Assembly: GCF_000181795.1 (NCBI RefSeq) | Contig: NW_003526946.1 | Span: 615,351 to 679,350, forward strand | Direction of reading: 5' to 3' | Source: Trichinella spiralis | Lineage: Eukaryota | Length of the DNA stretch: 64,000 bases | Shown: positions 46,843-60,228 of the stretch, one piece after another | How the letters are laid out: the number at the start of each line of letters is the position of its first letter | Position numbering within the stretch: the stretch's first letter is position 1 | The notes under the pieces: model-generated | What the model was told of the DNA's origin: nothing | Seen by the model: only the letters and a program-made list of their open reading frames with translations | Database searches by the model: none | Made by a program: the position numbers and the translations under genes

Positions 46843-49800
46843 TTATGCAAAGTACATGATTCTTTTAACTCTTTTGTGAAGTGCAATTATATTAGACAAT
46901 TCTGTTTTCACGGATTCGGCTTTATTGCTGGAACTACTACTACTACTACTACCACTACTACTATTACTGTCTTCATCAGAACACTTTTCCACTAGACCAG
47001 AATTTCTAAAAAATAAAAACCAATCATTCATTCATTTTTAAATAAGTTAATTAATCAAACTTACAATGCTGCAAGAACATGATAACGAGCACGGGCGCAA
47101 ACTAAATCTGCAAAATACACTGGTGCTGGTATACTGACAGACCGAGCACATCTACCATACAGATGGCATAAATAGTATGTAATCGATTGCATGACATTCG
47201 CATCCATGTTGCTTTCATCAAACAGCACATGATATCGCGTCGGTCTACTAGTTCCCTGCAATTCAAATAATAATAATAATAAAGATTCAAAACATTTCAC
47301 AAAGTCATACTTGAATTCCATGATGACTGCACAAAAAGAAATCATATTCATCAGGAGATGTCACTACTCTATCGATAACAGTACCAGCAGGGATGTTTTT
47401 CCCGCGTCCTCGTGCTGCAGCTTCATCACAACAAAAAAATCGAGCATGATGTCGCTTTTGAACCACAATAAACGTAATCAACGGCCGGTAATTTGTTGCA
47501 ACTGATTTGCAAGCCCTACGAAGAGCAGACAGTTCTTCTTCCAAAACCTTTTTAAAAAAATAAATTTTTACTTTGCTTTAATTAATGATACAACACAATT
47601 TCACCTGCATAAATTGACCTTCGGATACTCCATCTCGATAAACAATAATATTTTTCGGAGCCGTACCATTAACATCAAGATATTCCAGTAAACGTTCAGA
47701 AAATTGTTCGATAAATCCAGTGATCAGTTCTTGCTTCGCTGGCTGTAGTTTCACCGAAGCATGAAACTTCGTCACTTTTGTATCCACATTTCCAACAACC
47801 TTCAAATCAAAAACATTCCTTCAATAATTTGAAAGTACAATACCATGAATAATACCCACCGAAGCTATTGATGGTAAATGCGTTTCTACAGCAGATGGAT
47901 GAACCACATCCACACCAATTACCAATGCATTATTCTTATACAAATAATTATCCAAACTAAACAAAAAACTTCCATTCAAGAATTTTTCATACGCATTCAT
48001 CAATTCAATATCATACATTTCATCTTCCAGTAATTTTGTATTGATGCCACCAATTTTCATATTTATTTTCATCGCAATATTTAACATCGTCGAATAGCTC
48101 TTCTTTATTGCCACATCGCTTATTGTTTTCGGTAATACACACTGAGTGACCAATCCAAAAGTGATATCACCACAAGATTTCACTTGAGCTTCAAAAAGGT
48201 AAAAATACATTCAACATTAATAAAATAAATTTCATCATATAACAACAAAATAATTATTACCATATTGTTCAGATGAAAATAACGCGACAAATACCAAATC
48301 ACATTTTATTCCATCTCTGTCACATTTGTCAGCAATACGTTTTAATACCATTTCTACCGTATCATTTTTTCGCGCTTGTTCGTAAAATTTTGGGCTGTCC
48401 GGCATTTCAATTCCTGTACTACGACATGTTCTGACAATTTGCAGACAGAATTCCCTAAAAATCAAGCAAATAATCAACAAAGCTAATTTGATTTATTAAT
48501 GAAATTTTGCAATACTTACTGTAACATTGATGCTTTATGTGGTGGTAGAAACGATACAAATCCAAATGATTCGCAAGAAGCAGATTCAAAAAATTTAAAT
48601 TCATTCGAATTCCATGCTCCATCTTTTGGTGTAAGAATTATTTGCTAAAAACATGAGACAAATTATGAAACAAATATTTTTCAAAATGAATGATATGCAT
48701 AATTATTATTTATTTACACGTCCTCCATTTCCTTTACCATATTCCAACCTAGGCGGAGGCAAAACTCGTCCACTAACAATCATTGGTTCCGCTTTAATTT
48801 GAACGCCAAAACTTTTCAAAAATGGATCATTATTGAAATTTGATTTCTTGACCATGTCCATACACTTTAGAATTCGAGTAGGAGCGTCTGTCGAAGCAAA
48901 CTAAATATATAACAATTTATTATTATTATTATTATCAATATTTAAAATCATTAACATACTCGAATTATAGAAGTCGTTTGACACGCTTTCAATTTCTTGT
49001 TGTATCTTTGACAGTTTGCCACTTGACAAAGCTAAATTGACCAAAATAAATTCATTATATTAAAAAAACGTTGAAACAATTGTCAGTTTTTTATACTTCA
49101 ACTGGGAAATAAATTGGTTTTGATTTACTGCCGACTTCAACCAACGGCAAGTTTGGATACTTTAATGGCCCATAAACATCACGAAAATATTCCGCAACTG
49201 AAACTTCTTTTCCGTCTTTTTCGAATTTCATCGATACTGCCGTACTGAGTATATTTTTAATACGATAAATTCGATCTTGATTTCGATGTGTTGTATGAAT
49301 ACAGACCCCTAAATTAATAAGAAAAACAATTTTAAATATATTTCAAATATTCCATTGACGATTACCTTTTAATTCTGGTATCAACAAGTTCAAATGTTCT
49401 GGTTGAAGTTGGGTATTCAATCTAAGCTGATTTGGATGAAATCTTACTTCACGTTCATCACCATTCAATATGTCGCAAATCAAATTTATCAGTGACTGAC
49501 GCTTGTAAAAGCAACTGTGTGATACTAAAATCCATTTCAATTATTAAAATTTTTTTTCACCGAAATGAAAAACAATTTCCATCACACCATCAATATTAAT
49601 CGCTGGTCGAAAACCATCACATTACGCGCGCAGAAAATGAACAAGGCCTCTTCCATAATTCAATGCCATTTTTTCACGNNNNNNNNNNTTTGGAACCACA
49701 AATAACGTAATCCACGCGGTAATTTGTGCAACTGATTGGCAAGCCCTACGAGAGCAGACAGTTCTTCTTCCAAAACTTTTTAAAAAAAATAAATTTTTAC

Positions 49801-51193
49801 TTTGGCTTTAATAAATGATACAACACAATTTCACCTGCATAAATTGACCTTCGGATACTCCATCTCGATAAACAAATAATATTTTTCGGAGCCGTACCAT
49901 TAACATCAAGATATTCCAGTAAACGTTCAGAAAATTGTTCGATAAATCCAGTGATCAGTTCTTGCTTCGCTGGCTGTAGTTTCACCGAAGCATGAAACTT
50001 CGTCACTTTTGTATCCACATTTCCAACAACCTTCAAATCAAAAACATTCCTTCAATAATTTGAAAGTACAATACCATGAATAATACCCACCGAAGCTATT
50101 GATGGTAAATGCGTTTCTACAGCAGATGGATGAACCACATCCACACCAATTACCAATGCATTATTTTTATACAAATAATTATCCAAACTAAACAAAAAAC
50201 TTCCATTCAAGAATTTTTCATACGCATTCATCAATTCAATATCATACATTTCATCTTCCAGTAATTTTGTATTGATGCCACCAATTTTCATATTTATTTT
50301 CATCGCAATATTTAACATCGTCGAATAGCTCTTCTTTATTGCCACATCGCTTATTGTTTTCGGTAATACACACTGAGTGACCAATCCAAAAGTGATATCA
50401 CCACAAGATTTCACTTGAGCTTCAAAAAGGTAAAAATACATTCAACATTAATAAAATAAATTTCATCATATAACAACAAAATAATTATTACCATATTGTT
50501 CAGATGAAAATAACGCGACAAATACCAAATCACATTTTATTCCATCTCTGTCACATTTGTCAGCAATACGTTTTAATACCATTTCTACCGTATCATTTTT
50601 TCGCGCTTGTTCGTAAAATTTTGGGCTGTCCGGCATTTCAATTCCTGTACTACGACATGTTCTGACAATTTGCAGACAGAATTCCCTAAAAATCAAGCAA
50701 ATAATCAACAAAGCTAATTTGATTTATTAATGAAATTTTGCAATACTTACTGTAACATTGATGCTTTATGTGGTGNNNNNNNNNNTTTGTTAACCACAAT
50801 ATCGCCTTTGTGTGATTTTATCAGTGGAAAATAATTGCATGCTAATTTTATCGGCTTGCCAGCAGTCCCGTATCCAGGACGCTTCACTAATTCTTTCTAA
50901 AAAAGCATCAACAACAACAACAATAAGAAATAATTTAATAAAACATTAAATAATACTTACTAAACCCAACTGCGACAGTTCATCTGCAGCTAAATTCGTA
51001 TCTTGGCCTAAAAATAATTCAGTGATTAAAAATTGCTCAACAGTTGGTGAAATAACATGCGGTTCATGGATTTGGTCAAATATATTTTGCAGTTAAGCCA
51101 CCACTTTTTGAAAAATTAAAAATCAAACAACAATAGACGATGCTATTCAACATTTTACATAAAATAACAACAATACTTACTTTGTTGAGACAT
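46843..51193 (-). CDS. Argonaute, AGO clade, ALG-3/ALG-4-like; multi-exon, interrupted by two N gaps
   Basis: Exons 51193-51181, 51007-50961 and 50896-50786 give MSQQ...[28 protein letters not shown]...[82 protein letters not shown]-terminal MYFA*. Confidence 0.92.
49689..50775 (-). repeat. Near-identical second copy of the Argonaute MID/PIWI exons (47455-48555), bounded by N gaps
   Basis: Identical ORF translations at 47821/50052 and 48235/50466. Introns are also near identical. Confidence 0.85.
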
Positions 51194-53599
51194 TGGAAGC
51201 AATACAAGTTGAGAATAGAACAGCAACAACAGTTTACTGGGCAAATGAACGCTGATTTACAGTAAGCACAGTAATCAAATTGTACCTAATCTTTAGTTAA
51301 ACTGAGAATATTAATCTTGGTTAAAAAAATCAAGAAAAGAATAAAATAGAACTTTCTGTGATGATAGAATATTAAAAATATGCCAACAAGCGTCAACTTT
51401 TCAACTTTGAATGAGTAGCGTTCGTTTCCACTTATCGTAATGAATGTCTCCACATCACGTGATAGCGAATTTAATTATTCAAATACCAATCGCATCAATC
51501 TTCACTGTGATTGGTGCATTGCTCCGAGATGAGCTATTGGTTGAAGTTTCCTCGTGACTTACATCAAATATTGTGCCGTTCAAATCACTGCAATTCTTGG
51601 CTGTTTATCATTGTTTCATAAATTCTAATTCTAATATGTTACATTTTGAAAGTGAATTCAAATATTACTGCTAAATAATAGCCTTTTGCTTTTGATATTC
51701 ATATATAGTAAATTGTAATGTGTACTGTAATATAATGTCACGAATGGTTATTTTTGTAAAAACTGAATTCATAATTCTTGATAATTCAAAATAAAAGATG
51801 CTTCGTAAATTGCGTTCATTGTCCATCACCTTACGGTCATTATGTTAAATTTTGCGCATTTAATACCAGACCAGTTTAAATTGATCGTCATCGATGATAG
51901 ACAGGAAATATCGGAATGAATAGGAAATTTGAAAAGTATATTCAACGTGCAAAAATTGAAAAATGTATTTAATACCGTTTACACAAAATGTATAATCACA
52001 AATTTATATTTTAAATAAAATTCCAGATTTTATTTTTTATTTAAATGATACATAAGAAGAAAAACAATAAATCTTGTGAACAGGAGCGAAAGAAAGATTA
52101 GAAAGATTAAAGTCTTTTGCAAGCCAGAAATATTTTCAGAGAACATTACAGGTGAAATCAGAAAAGTATTTCTATGCTAACATTCAGCAACCACCACTCC
52201 TAGTTTTAGCTGAAAACTGCAGCGTTGTACAATTTATCAATTTTAGATTTTCCCTTTGTACTTGAGTAGGCTTCAACTAGCCTTCATCAGAACAATATCT
52301 GACAAATAGAAAAGAACCTTATGCATAAATCTGATTTAATTGTTAGCTAAGAAGGTAATTTATATGACAAGTGAAAGCAACTGTTGGCTGACATTTCTTT
52401 TGAACAGTATTTTTCCACTAGCATGGATAAATAAAAGTGAAGCATTTCAAAAGCAGAAAGAAAGCGATGAACAGCACCAACCAAGCAGAAAAGCGATTTA
52501 TGCTGTTTCAAATTCACTTTGCAGTGGACATCGCATTGTTTGATGTCAGCATATGTGCGCCATTTGTCTGTGATTAATAATCTTCAGTCAAGATCAACAA
52601 AAGGCATTGGTGCCACAACAAATATCACAGGTTGATCTTGAATTGTAGTTAAAATGACAAATGCAAACTAAATGTTGTTACAGAATGGTATTTAAAATGG
52701 GATTCAAAATAGGAGATGTATTCGAGATGTAAGCTGTCTAACCGAACTTTTGATTGTTGCTTAGTTTTGTTTCCTTAGTTTGTTTACTATCTTTCTTTCT
52801 CCAACTGAATAAAATTGAATTCTACTTCATAATTCGGTTTTGAATTATGTAGAAATAACTCATACGGTCCACTCCTTGGTCATTTTTAAGTTCCATTCTA
52901 AAAGATTTTCAAACAGCTGTGTTTAGCGTGAATTTCCTTGCGCGCTTTTCCTCATCATTGCTTTAAGATTATCATTTCATTTATTCCCAAATTTGGATAA
53001 ATAATGCATGGAAATTGTTGGAGAATTCTATGTGCACTTTACCAAGTTCGACTGTACAATTTTCACAATGTATCTGATAAGCGAATATTAATCTGTTAAT
53101 AAAATGTGTATGTTGTTGTTATTGTTGAATAAACAATACTATTGCATAAAAATAGTTAAAAATAGATTGTTATATAAGTGACACCATGGTGTAATGGTTT
53201 CTTGTGATTAGCAATTTATTCTTTTAATCTGTTCTATTATACAAGAGCACAAGAACAGCTTAACAATCAATGGCAGAACAAATTTTAGAATATAAAATCA
53301 CACAATAGTAAACGAAGTTTAAGCGAACTTCCGTCTGGCGAGTTGTACATTTGCAATTCAGCAGTTGTTGAACGCATTGAAGCTTGACAGCACTTCCGGG
53401 TAAAATTGTGGAATTTTCTGAACAGACGTCAACGGTTTCAATCTATTCATATGTTGACACGAAGCAGATGTTGAAAAACAAGGAAGTGATTGGAATTGAA
53501 GATAACAAAAGATCAAAGTTGCAATTTCAGTATTTAAAATTGCCAGAAGAGAAAGTTTTCATTTTATGCTGTTGTTCGCCCGCCATCTCAGTTCTAAGC

Positions 53600-55160
53600 T
53601 CGTGATAGCTGATGTTATTTATAGTGGGTATCTTGTTTATGTAAGGCAGGGCGATACAAATTAAATTATATTGCTGAAAGCAAGAAATGTGGAATTGTTG
53701 AATGGTATATATAAAATGTAGTGAATATCTTTCTTGTTATTTATTGTCAGCTTGTTTTTTTGTAGGATAGAAAGGCTGTAAAGACATGATTTGGACCAAC
53801 CTCGATGTCACGGAAGTGATCAAGCAAAAGCTGTACATGCTTTTGATTGCCCAGTTGATCCGCATTTGGCATGCAAAATGGAGAGAGAAGGACAATTTCA
53901 AGAAAAAGAGCAAAAAGTGCAATTACAGCTATATACTATCAAGAAGAGACTGACGCTTCTGTGGATTTACAAATCTCTGGCCACTCGAAAAAACAGTATA
54001 CAACAACAGTGCAAGACGGTTCCTCAGGCTGCCAGAGCGTCTTCCATTTTCTTGATAATTTTGAAAGAACAAAGTCTAGTGAACGTTATTTTGTTTTATC
54101 ACAGTTTTGGAAGCTGTAAATTGGCATTTGCGACAAGTAATAACCTCATTCATTTTGCCATCATTCAGCCTTATGTAAATGATACGTTCAAATTTATACC
54201 TCATTGGTTTCACAAGCAGCTGTGTTTGCCATTCATGCATTTGTGCCAGATAAACTGGTGCCAGCAGTTTATTGCTCATATATTGTAAATACATTAGTAT
54301 GTACAAATTTGACTACAAAGCTTCAGTTAGCAAAGCGGCAGTACTAGAAGTGAATCTCCAGTTGAAAGTTATCATCTTCGAATTCAAAACTTTCTAATAC
54401 CTGTAGTTGGAGGTTGCATCCTTTATATGCAGCTACAAGAATGCTATTTCCACTTCTACAAAACAGACGAAAAAGCAGTAAATGAGCTAGTTTTTTGAAA
54501 ATCCCATATGAAAAAAAAGAAAAAGAAGGAAACAAAATAGAAAAAAAGAAGGAAAATGAAACTGAAGAACTTCTTTCTTCTTATGTGTACAACAAAGTGT
54601 TATGGCTGTCAGCCTGCTTCAAGCAGGTACGACGGGTAATATGGCAGTCTTATTCAAGTACCTCTGGTAAGAGAAGGTGACCATTTGGAATGTATATAAT
54701 GTAAATATTAAAACTAGCAACCATATTTGGACTCAACAGAAAGGCAGCTAAACGCAATAAATTTAACTTGTATGAGTTCCCCCATTACTTGATCCCAAAC
54801 TGTGGTGTAATGGAGACATTACTCTAACAGTTCTTGTCAGACAGCGCTACTGCTGATAATTGAAGATAAGCAAACAGCGATTATGCTGAAAAGCAACAGC
54901 GCATTGAACAATGAATACATATCGGGGGTACGCATACGATAGAGGAGCTCCTTTTCTCCCTTTTCCACTTATTGATAGTTTTTGTGTTTTATATTATATT
55001 TGAAGAATATTATTTGCATTACACTGCTTTCCTTTTTTTATCTGTGTTGCATTTCTTTGTAGTGTTCTTTATTGTTATCCGTGATGTTGTTCCTTGTGCT
55101 GTTTGTTAGTGTCATTGGTATGATGTTCTCTGTATTATTGATGTTCACTGATGCTACTGT
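53600..55160 (+). mobile_element. Old, highly degenerate FLYWCH-MULE relic
   Basis: GCKDMIWTNLDVTEVIK, CPVDPHLACKME, AFATSNN..NDTFKFIPHW, HAFVPDKLVPAVYC and WNVYNVNIKT align with the MULE at 1410-5619. Confidence 0.75.
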
Positions 55161-56688
55161 TGATTTATAGATAACGTTTGAAAAATATCAAATAATTCAA
55201 GAGAATCTTGATAACAGAGAGAGGAAAAAAGGGAATCGCACTTTCATTTACTATTTTATTATGTTGTTTTGGCAGTTTATTATCTTGCATCATATGAATT
55301 CATTGTAGTACAATACAGTATACAATAAAATATTTTTTACAAAATTGAAAATGTTAAACATCAATTATATAAAAAGTAGAACCTAATATTAAAATAAATT
55401 ATTGCAACGACCTGAGCACTAAGCAACAATCAAACTTAAAGCTTTATTTCGAAGAAACGCCTGGACCTGCCGGTTGTCTCCATTGACAGCTTGAAGTTAC
55501 CATCACAATCTGAATGGGCCTTTGAAATCTGATGCTGCTGATAAAATATGACAGATGGCCCGTGTGCCGTCAATAGCAAGTCCCTCCACCCTTACTGATT
55601 TGGCCGCTTTCATTTATTATGATGGATGCTTTTCCTCCACCCATGATCAGGACCAGCGTCAGTTGGCCTGATCAAAGACCAGAGACCAGAGTAAAAGGAT
55701 ATGATCTAATAAGCAGGTTGGTCGGAGTGCGTTTGGTGCTATCATGTGCAATGCTGTCTTCATCATATGTTGTATATGTTGTAGCAGTGCTGTTCTTATT
55801 CGATAAATAGTTGCATCCTGTGTTTTGTCCAGTTTGTGACACTTAATGTCTAAGACACGCTGAACAGCAGCAACGAAAAGATGAAGATGAAGAAAGAATA
55901 CAGCAAAAAGATATGGCTGACGCGTTACGGAGTGAAAGAAACAGTTTCCTTTGCTTGCTCCATGTGAACCGCTTGTTGCTTGTTGGGATGCTTGAAAAAT
56001 GGACAAAATGCACCACAATGTTTGTGTCGCTTTTCATGCAAAGATGTCAACATTTCTTCCATTGAATAATAATTTCGGAAAGGACAAGTTGATAATGTTA
56101 AGCTGATTTATTAAGCAAAACTGCAAACCAAAACGCAATTTTAGTACAAAGAAAAGATGGTGAATAGCTAATTTGTTCAAAGTTGCAACAAAAACTATGA
56201 GTAAGAACAGCTGAATGCTTTTCATCTACTAATGGGAAGAAATCTACTTGTTTTTAATAAAGTCTTTCTCTTAGAATCAAATTATTAGAAGGTGACTTTT
56301 CTTTTTTATTAATAAAACATATAAATAAATATTGTAATCAATATGATCGTAAAAAACTGCATTCTGAATTGGCATATCAATTCAACATGAATTTTGTCGA
56401 TTTTCATAGCAGCTCTCTCTACCACACCAGTCGGTCATCTAGGCTACTCGAATTTCTGATGACCTCTACAAATTAGCATCTGCAAAACTATGAATATTGA
56501 AATTAATTATTTAATAAAATAACAACATTATCATTTTCACATTCAAATAACAGTTTCAGATTTTATATATTGTATAGAGTTGACAATAATCAAAAATTTT
56601 TAAGATAATTTAGTATAAAACAAGAATATAATAAAAATAATAATGAATGAATATGCAAGTGAGATGTAGAAGACAGTGATGGTGGTGG

Positions 56689-57183
56689 TTATTCTGTAGT
56701 CATTTCTACAGCAGTAGTACAGCTAGATATAAATTCACTGTAGCGAGGTTGGAAAAATTTTTCATACAATGTTGCAGCTCCATGGCAGCTTGGAGTGAAA
56801 AGCCAAACAAAGAAAATGCATTTCAGCGGCCAATAAATTGGTATAATAAAGGATATGCATTCAGCAAAATAATCAACAATTCGAAAGAAGCCAAAAATAA
56901 CCCAATAAAACTTCCATTGCTTACAGTTGGCGTTTTCATTTGATTCCACCTCGATTAATGTCTTCATTGCTGGATAACCAATGCATATGCAATTGCACAA
57001 CAATCCTGCATTAGGGCTAAATATCAACAGCACAAAAAGCACAATTGCTAACATCACCGCAGCTTGGTAACGACTTTTGCCAGTTTTTTGTTCAATTTTA
57101 GCAAACAGTTTTCCAACCAATCTGCTTTCATCACCGATAACATACCAAATATCATTGCGAATATTTTGCAGTATTTGGGCCAT
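56689..57183 (-). CDS. REEP5/DP1/Yop1-like protein, intronless, copy 2
   Basis: 164 aa, differing from copy 1 at about six residues. Homology extends ~100 bp into both flanks. Confidence 0.9.
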   Translation of the reverse strand: MAQILQNIRNDIWYVIGDESRLVGKLFAKIEQKTGKSRYQAAVMLAIVLFVLLIFSPNAGLLCNCICIGYPAMKTLIEVESNENANCKQWKFYWVIFGFFRIVDYFAECISFIIPIYWPLKCIFFVWLFTPSCHGAATLYEKFFQPRYSEFISSCTTAVEMTTE

Positions 57184-58195
57184 TTTTCATGCAATGCAAC
57201 AACCAACAAGCAGTCAGATTGAAGCAAGCAAACCAAACTAATTACTGTTTCAAGTAGTTATCTGTATTATCTGTAACTTTAAAATAAGCTAAGTTTAAGT
57301 TTAAATTTAAAATCATCAATCCGTTGAATCAATTTTTTAATTTAAAAGGTGCACATGAATAATGGCTACTTTGAAATTAACAAATAAAACTGATGATGAT
57401 TCTGATGCCATATTTATAAAGAAGAAACATTATGCAAAAGCTTTTCCATATGCCAGCATTCCATATGTACGCCACAATTTGTATTTAATTTTGATTATGG
57501 CAGACGTTCTGTCTTCTCCCCATATAGTTTCAACTTTTACACTAATAAATAGCTGAATCATCGCCATTATAATTTCTGCATAACAATTTAGTGACCAATT
57601 GTTACTTATCATCTATGAAACGTTGATAAATGACAATCATTTCAAGTATGTTGCCTTTTATGCTAAATCTGTACCTTGTTGTTTCTTGTTAACTGTTATA
57701 TGCTTAAATACTTGTTTATACAAGAATTTAGGTGATCTAGCATTGTAGCTGCAATGAATCCAACGCTGGGCTTTCAGAAGCAAAGCATGCACCTCAGAAA
57801 TTTGTGGAAATTTCAGGAAATAATTGTCCGACTGACGTTCGTTTTATTTGTGAAATTTGTGATCAAATGTTAAACAAAATAAAATGTGATGTGACTTTGG
57901 AAGACCCATGTAGGATTTTTTTAAAGTACCGCATCAACTGAAATTTATGAAACTGTTCGATTTTATAACTGTTTACTGTAGATTATTTAAAAAATTTTGT
58001 ATATTAATAGTTTAGATAAAAATAAAATTAATTTAACTTTGAAACAACTTTTTATTAAATATTTTTTGAAATTATTTAAATTACAGGCATTTTATTGTTG
58101 AACTTTCCTTCTTTTTATACTTACAGTAATCCGTGTTTTCGAAACGTAGTCATTGCAGTAAATTGCCAGTTGTTAGTAGTATAATTTTTCAAAAA

Positions 58196-60061
58196 ATGCG
58201 TCACAGTTCAGTCTGTATTACTATTTTACTTTTTGTTCTTTTATTATTGCCAATAAACTACGCTGGATGGTCACCCGAGTATGACGTAGCTCCTCTTAAT
58301 AGTGAAGATCACGAGAATTTGAGAAGAAATGACATACTGTTGCAGTTTTATTCTAATCGGTTTACAAAAGCTGTTTTCAATGAAAAATGTGGACTTGACA
58401 ACGTTATGCTGATTCCAATTTATTACTGGAGTGACAATACTGTGGAGTTGTTCTGCTATTCGTGTGACGAAGTCGGTGTTGTGAATGGTTTGGTGAAAAT
58501 TTGGCGCTATTTGCCATTTACACCTGAAAATATGAAAGAAGTCAACTATGCTGATTATAAAAAATACAAAAACATTAAAAACATGAAACAGGTATCCAGT
58601 GATGTTTGTTAGCTTTTACTGATTTGAAAGTTATAATTCTGGCCCAAGTGGACAGACAAGCCATCACCAGTTGATGGCTGTTGCGTTCGTTGTATGTTGC
58701 AGGTATTATTTATTATGCTTGTATTTTGCAGAATTTCGATTCAGCCTATGACGAATTGTACGACGATTCGAGAATGTATCGTCCGAGAGCTGATTTTTAT
58801 CAAAACGACGGGAAATTGTACATTTTGCGCGCCGGTTTGGAAACGCAAGGATTTTACAATTGCTACGACGACGAATCGAAAGACGCGATCAGTTGGGTTT
58901 ACGTGGTCATTGCCATGGTTCCACCAATCGCCATGCCCGAGTGGGTATTTTGGAACGACCCTGATACGGTGTTTTCAAAACTGATCACCTGCCGGAGTGT
59001 GGTTGGATGGGATTCGACGTGGCAGACGTACAGTGGTATGACAGTTCGCCATCCCATGCAAAGTGCCACACATATGGATAAATCGCCGCAGTATATTGAC
59101 ATGGTCACCCGACTTTATTGGCACGTTCTGACGGCAAATGGAAGTGTGACAAAGAATTGGCATAAGCTCCACACTTGGTCGAACGTTTTCGCCGAATTGA
59201 ACAATATGTTCGCCGCCAAAGAGCACATCGTGATTCCGTTTGAACCGTGGCATTATTTTTTCCGTCCTGGTCCGGAACCACCCGACGAAATGATGGGTAA
59301 CTTGCTTACCGACGTGGACGGCAACTTCGCCATCGATCTCTTGGTAATTATACAGTTCGAAACAGTTTTTTTCTAAATTTAATTCTCCTCCTCTTCTTGT
59401 TCAGTGGTCTTCTTGGAGCGCTTGTCCATCGTGCAATGATTATGTTGGGATTCGTCGTCGTGAGGCTCACTGCTATTTGCGCAAGTTGCGACCGTTCGAT
59501 CCGATCGGTATCCGGTGGCCGGGCTTGGAAAAGCATTTCTGCGACAAGTTCTGCTTTCCTAGATTTCGTCAAGAGAGGCACATCTTTGGCAAGATTCGTG
59601 AGAGCGCTTACGGTAAACCGAACTCTGATGACGATCTCAAGGGGTTTTCGAATTTGGACGATCTTCTGTCCAAACCGGAATTCACGAATGGTATCCGCTT
59701 GCACAGCGGTTTGCTGGTCGACGCTTTCTGTGCTTCTGGACATGGTCGTTTTGATTGCAGTTGCTTGAATCAGCTCAGCATCCAGTCGTTCCACATGGCT
59801 GGACTGTTCAACACTTTGACGGGAAAAGCGAAAAGTCGCTATGAAAAATTCGGCGGAGTGGTACCCTGCTTTGATTATATCATGATGGAAGAAGCTGGTA
59901 AAACGCCCGGAGAAACGGACAATACATGTTACGATTTCTACGCTAAAACCACGTCCTCCAGTTGTCAGAAAAATTACGAAAAGCCGAACATTTACGGATT
60001 CGCTGGTGGATATTATATTCAAGTGGAACAGTGCACAACAAAATGCGAACATTTCGATTAA
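58196..60061 (+). CDS. Secreted cysteine-rich protein (~554 aa) with Ig-like and TSP1-like motifs (FAM187-like); exons 58196-58591, 58732-59343, 59405-60061
   Basis: Signal peptide MRHSSVCITILLFVLLLLPINYA and two phase-0 GT-AG introns joining three ORFs in frame. VELFC..W and LYILRAGLETQGFYNC (Ig E/F-strand pattern), WSSWSACPSC...RRREAHCY. AATAAA at 60130. Confidence 0.75.
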
Positions 60062-60228
60062 CCTTTTTTAATTTATCATCCATCACTTTTTCATCGCCAT
60101 TCGTATACATATTATGGAAATGTTTGCTCAATAAAGTGATCAAAATTACTACTGTATCATGAAAACTATAAGAGCTAATAGTGCGTGCTACTGGCATGCG
60201 GTTTCAGTAGTAAAACGGTTGAATAAAG

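Noticed and set aside
53184..53199. CCATGGTGTAATGGTT, like the 5' part of tRNA-Gln
   Set aside because: No anticodon arm, T-arm (GTTCGA) or acceptor-stem partner follows.
53791..54288. 165-aa ORF as a novel host gene
   Set aside because: It is a frame-shuffled FLYWCH-MULE relic.
55440..56040. Moderately GC-rich stretch with short ORFs
   Set aside because: No recognisable motif or consistent exon structure could be supported.
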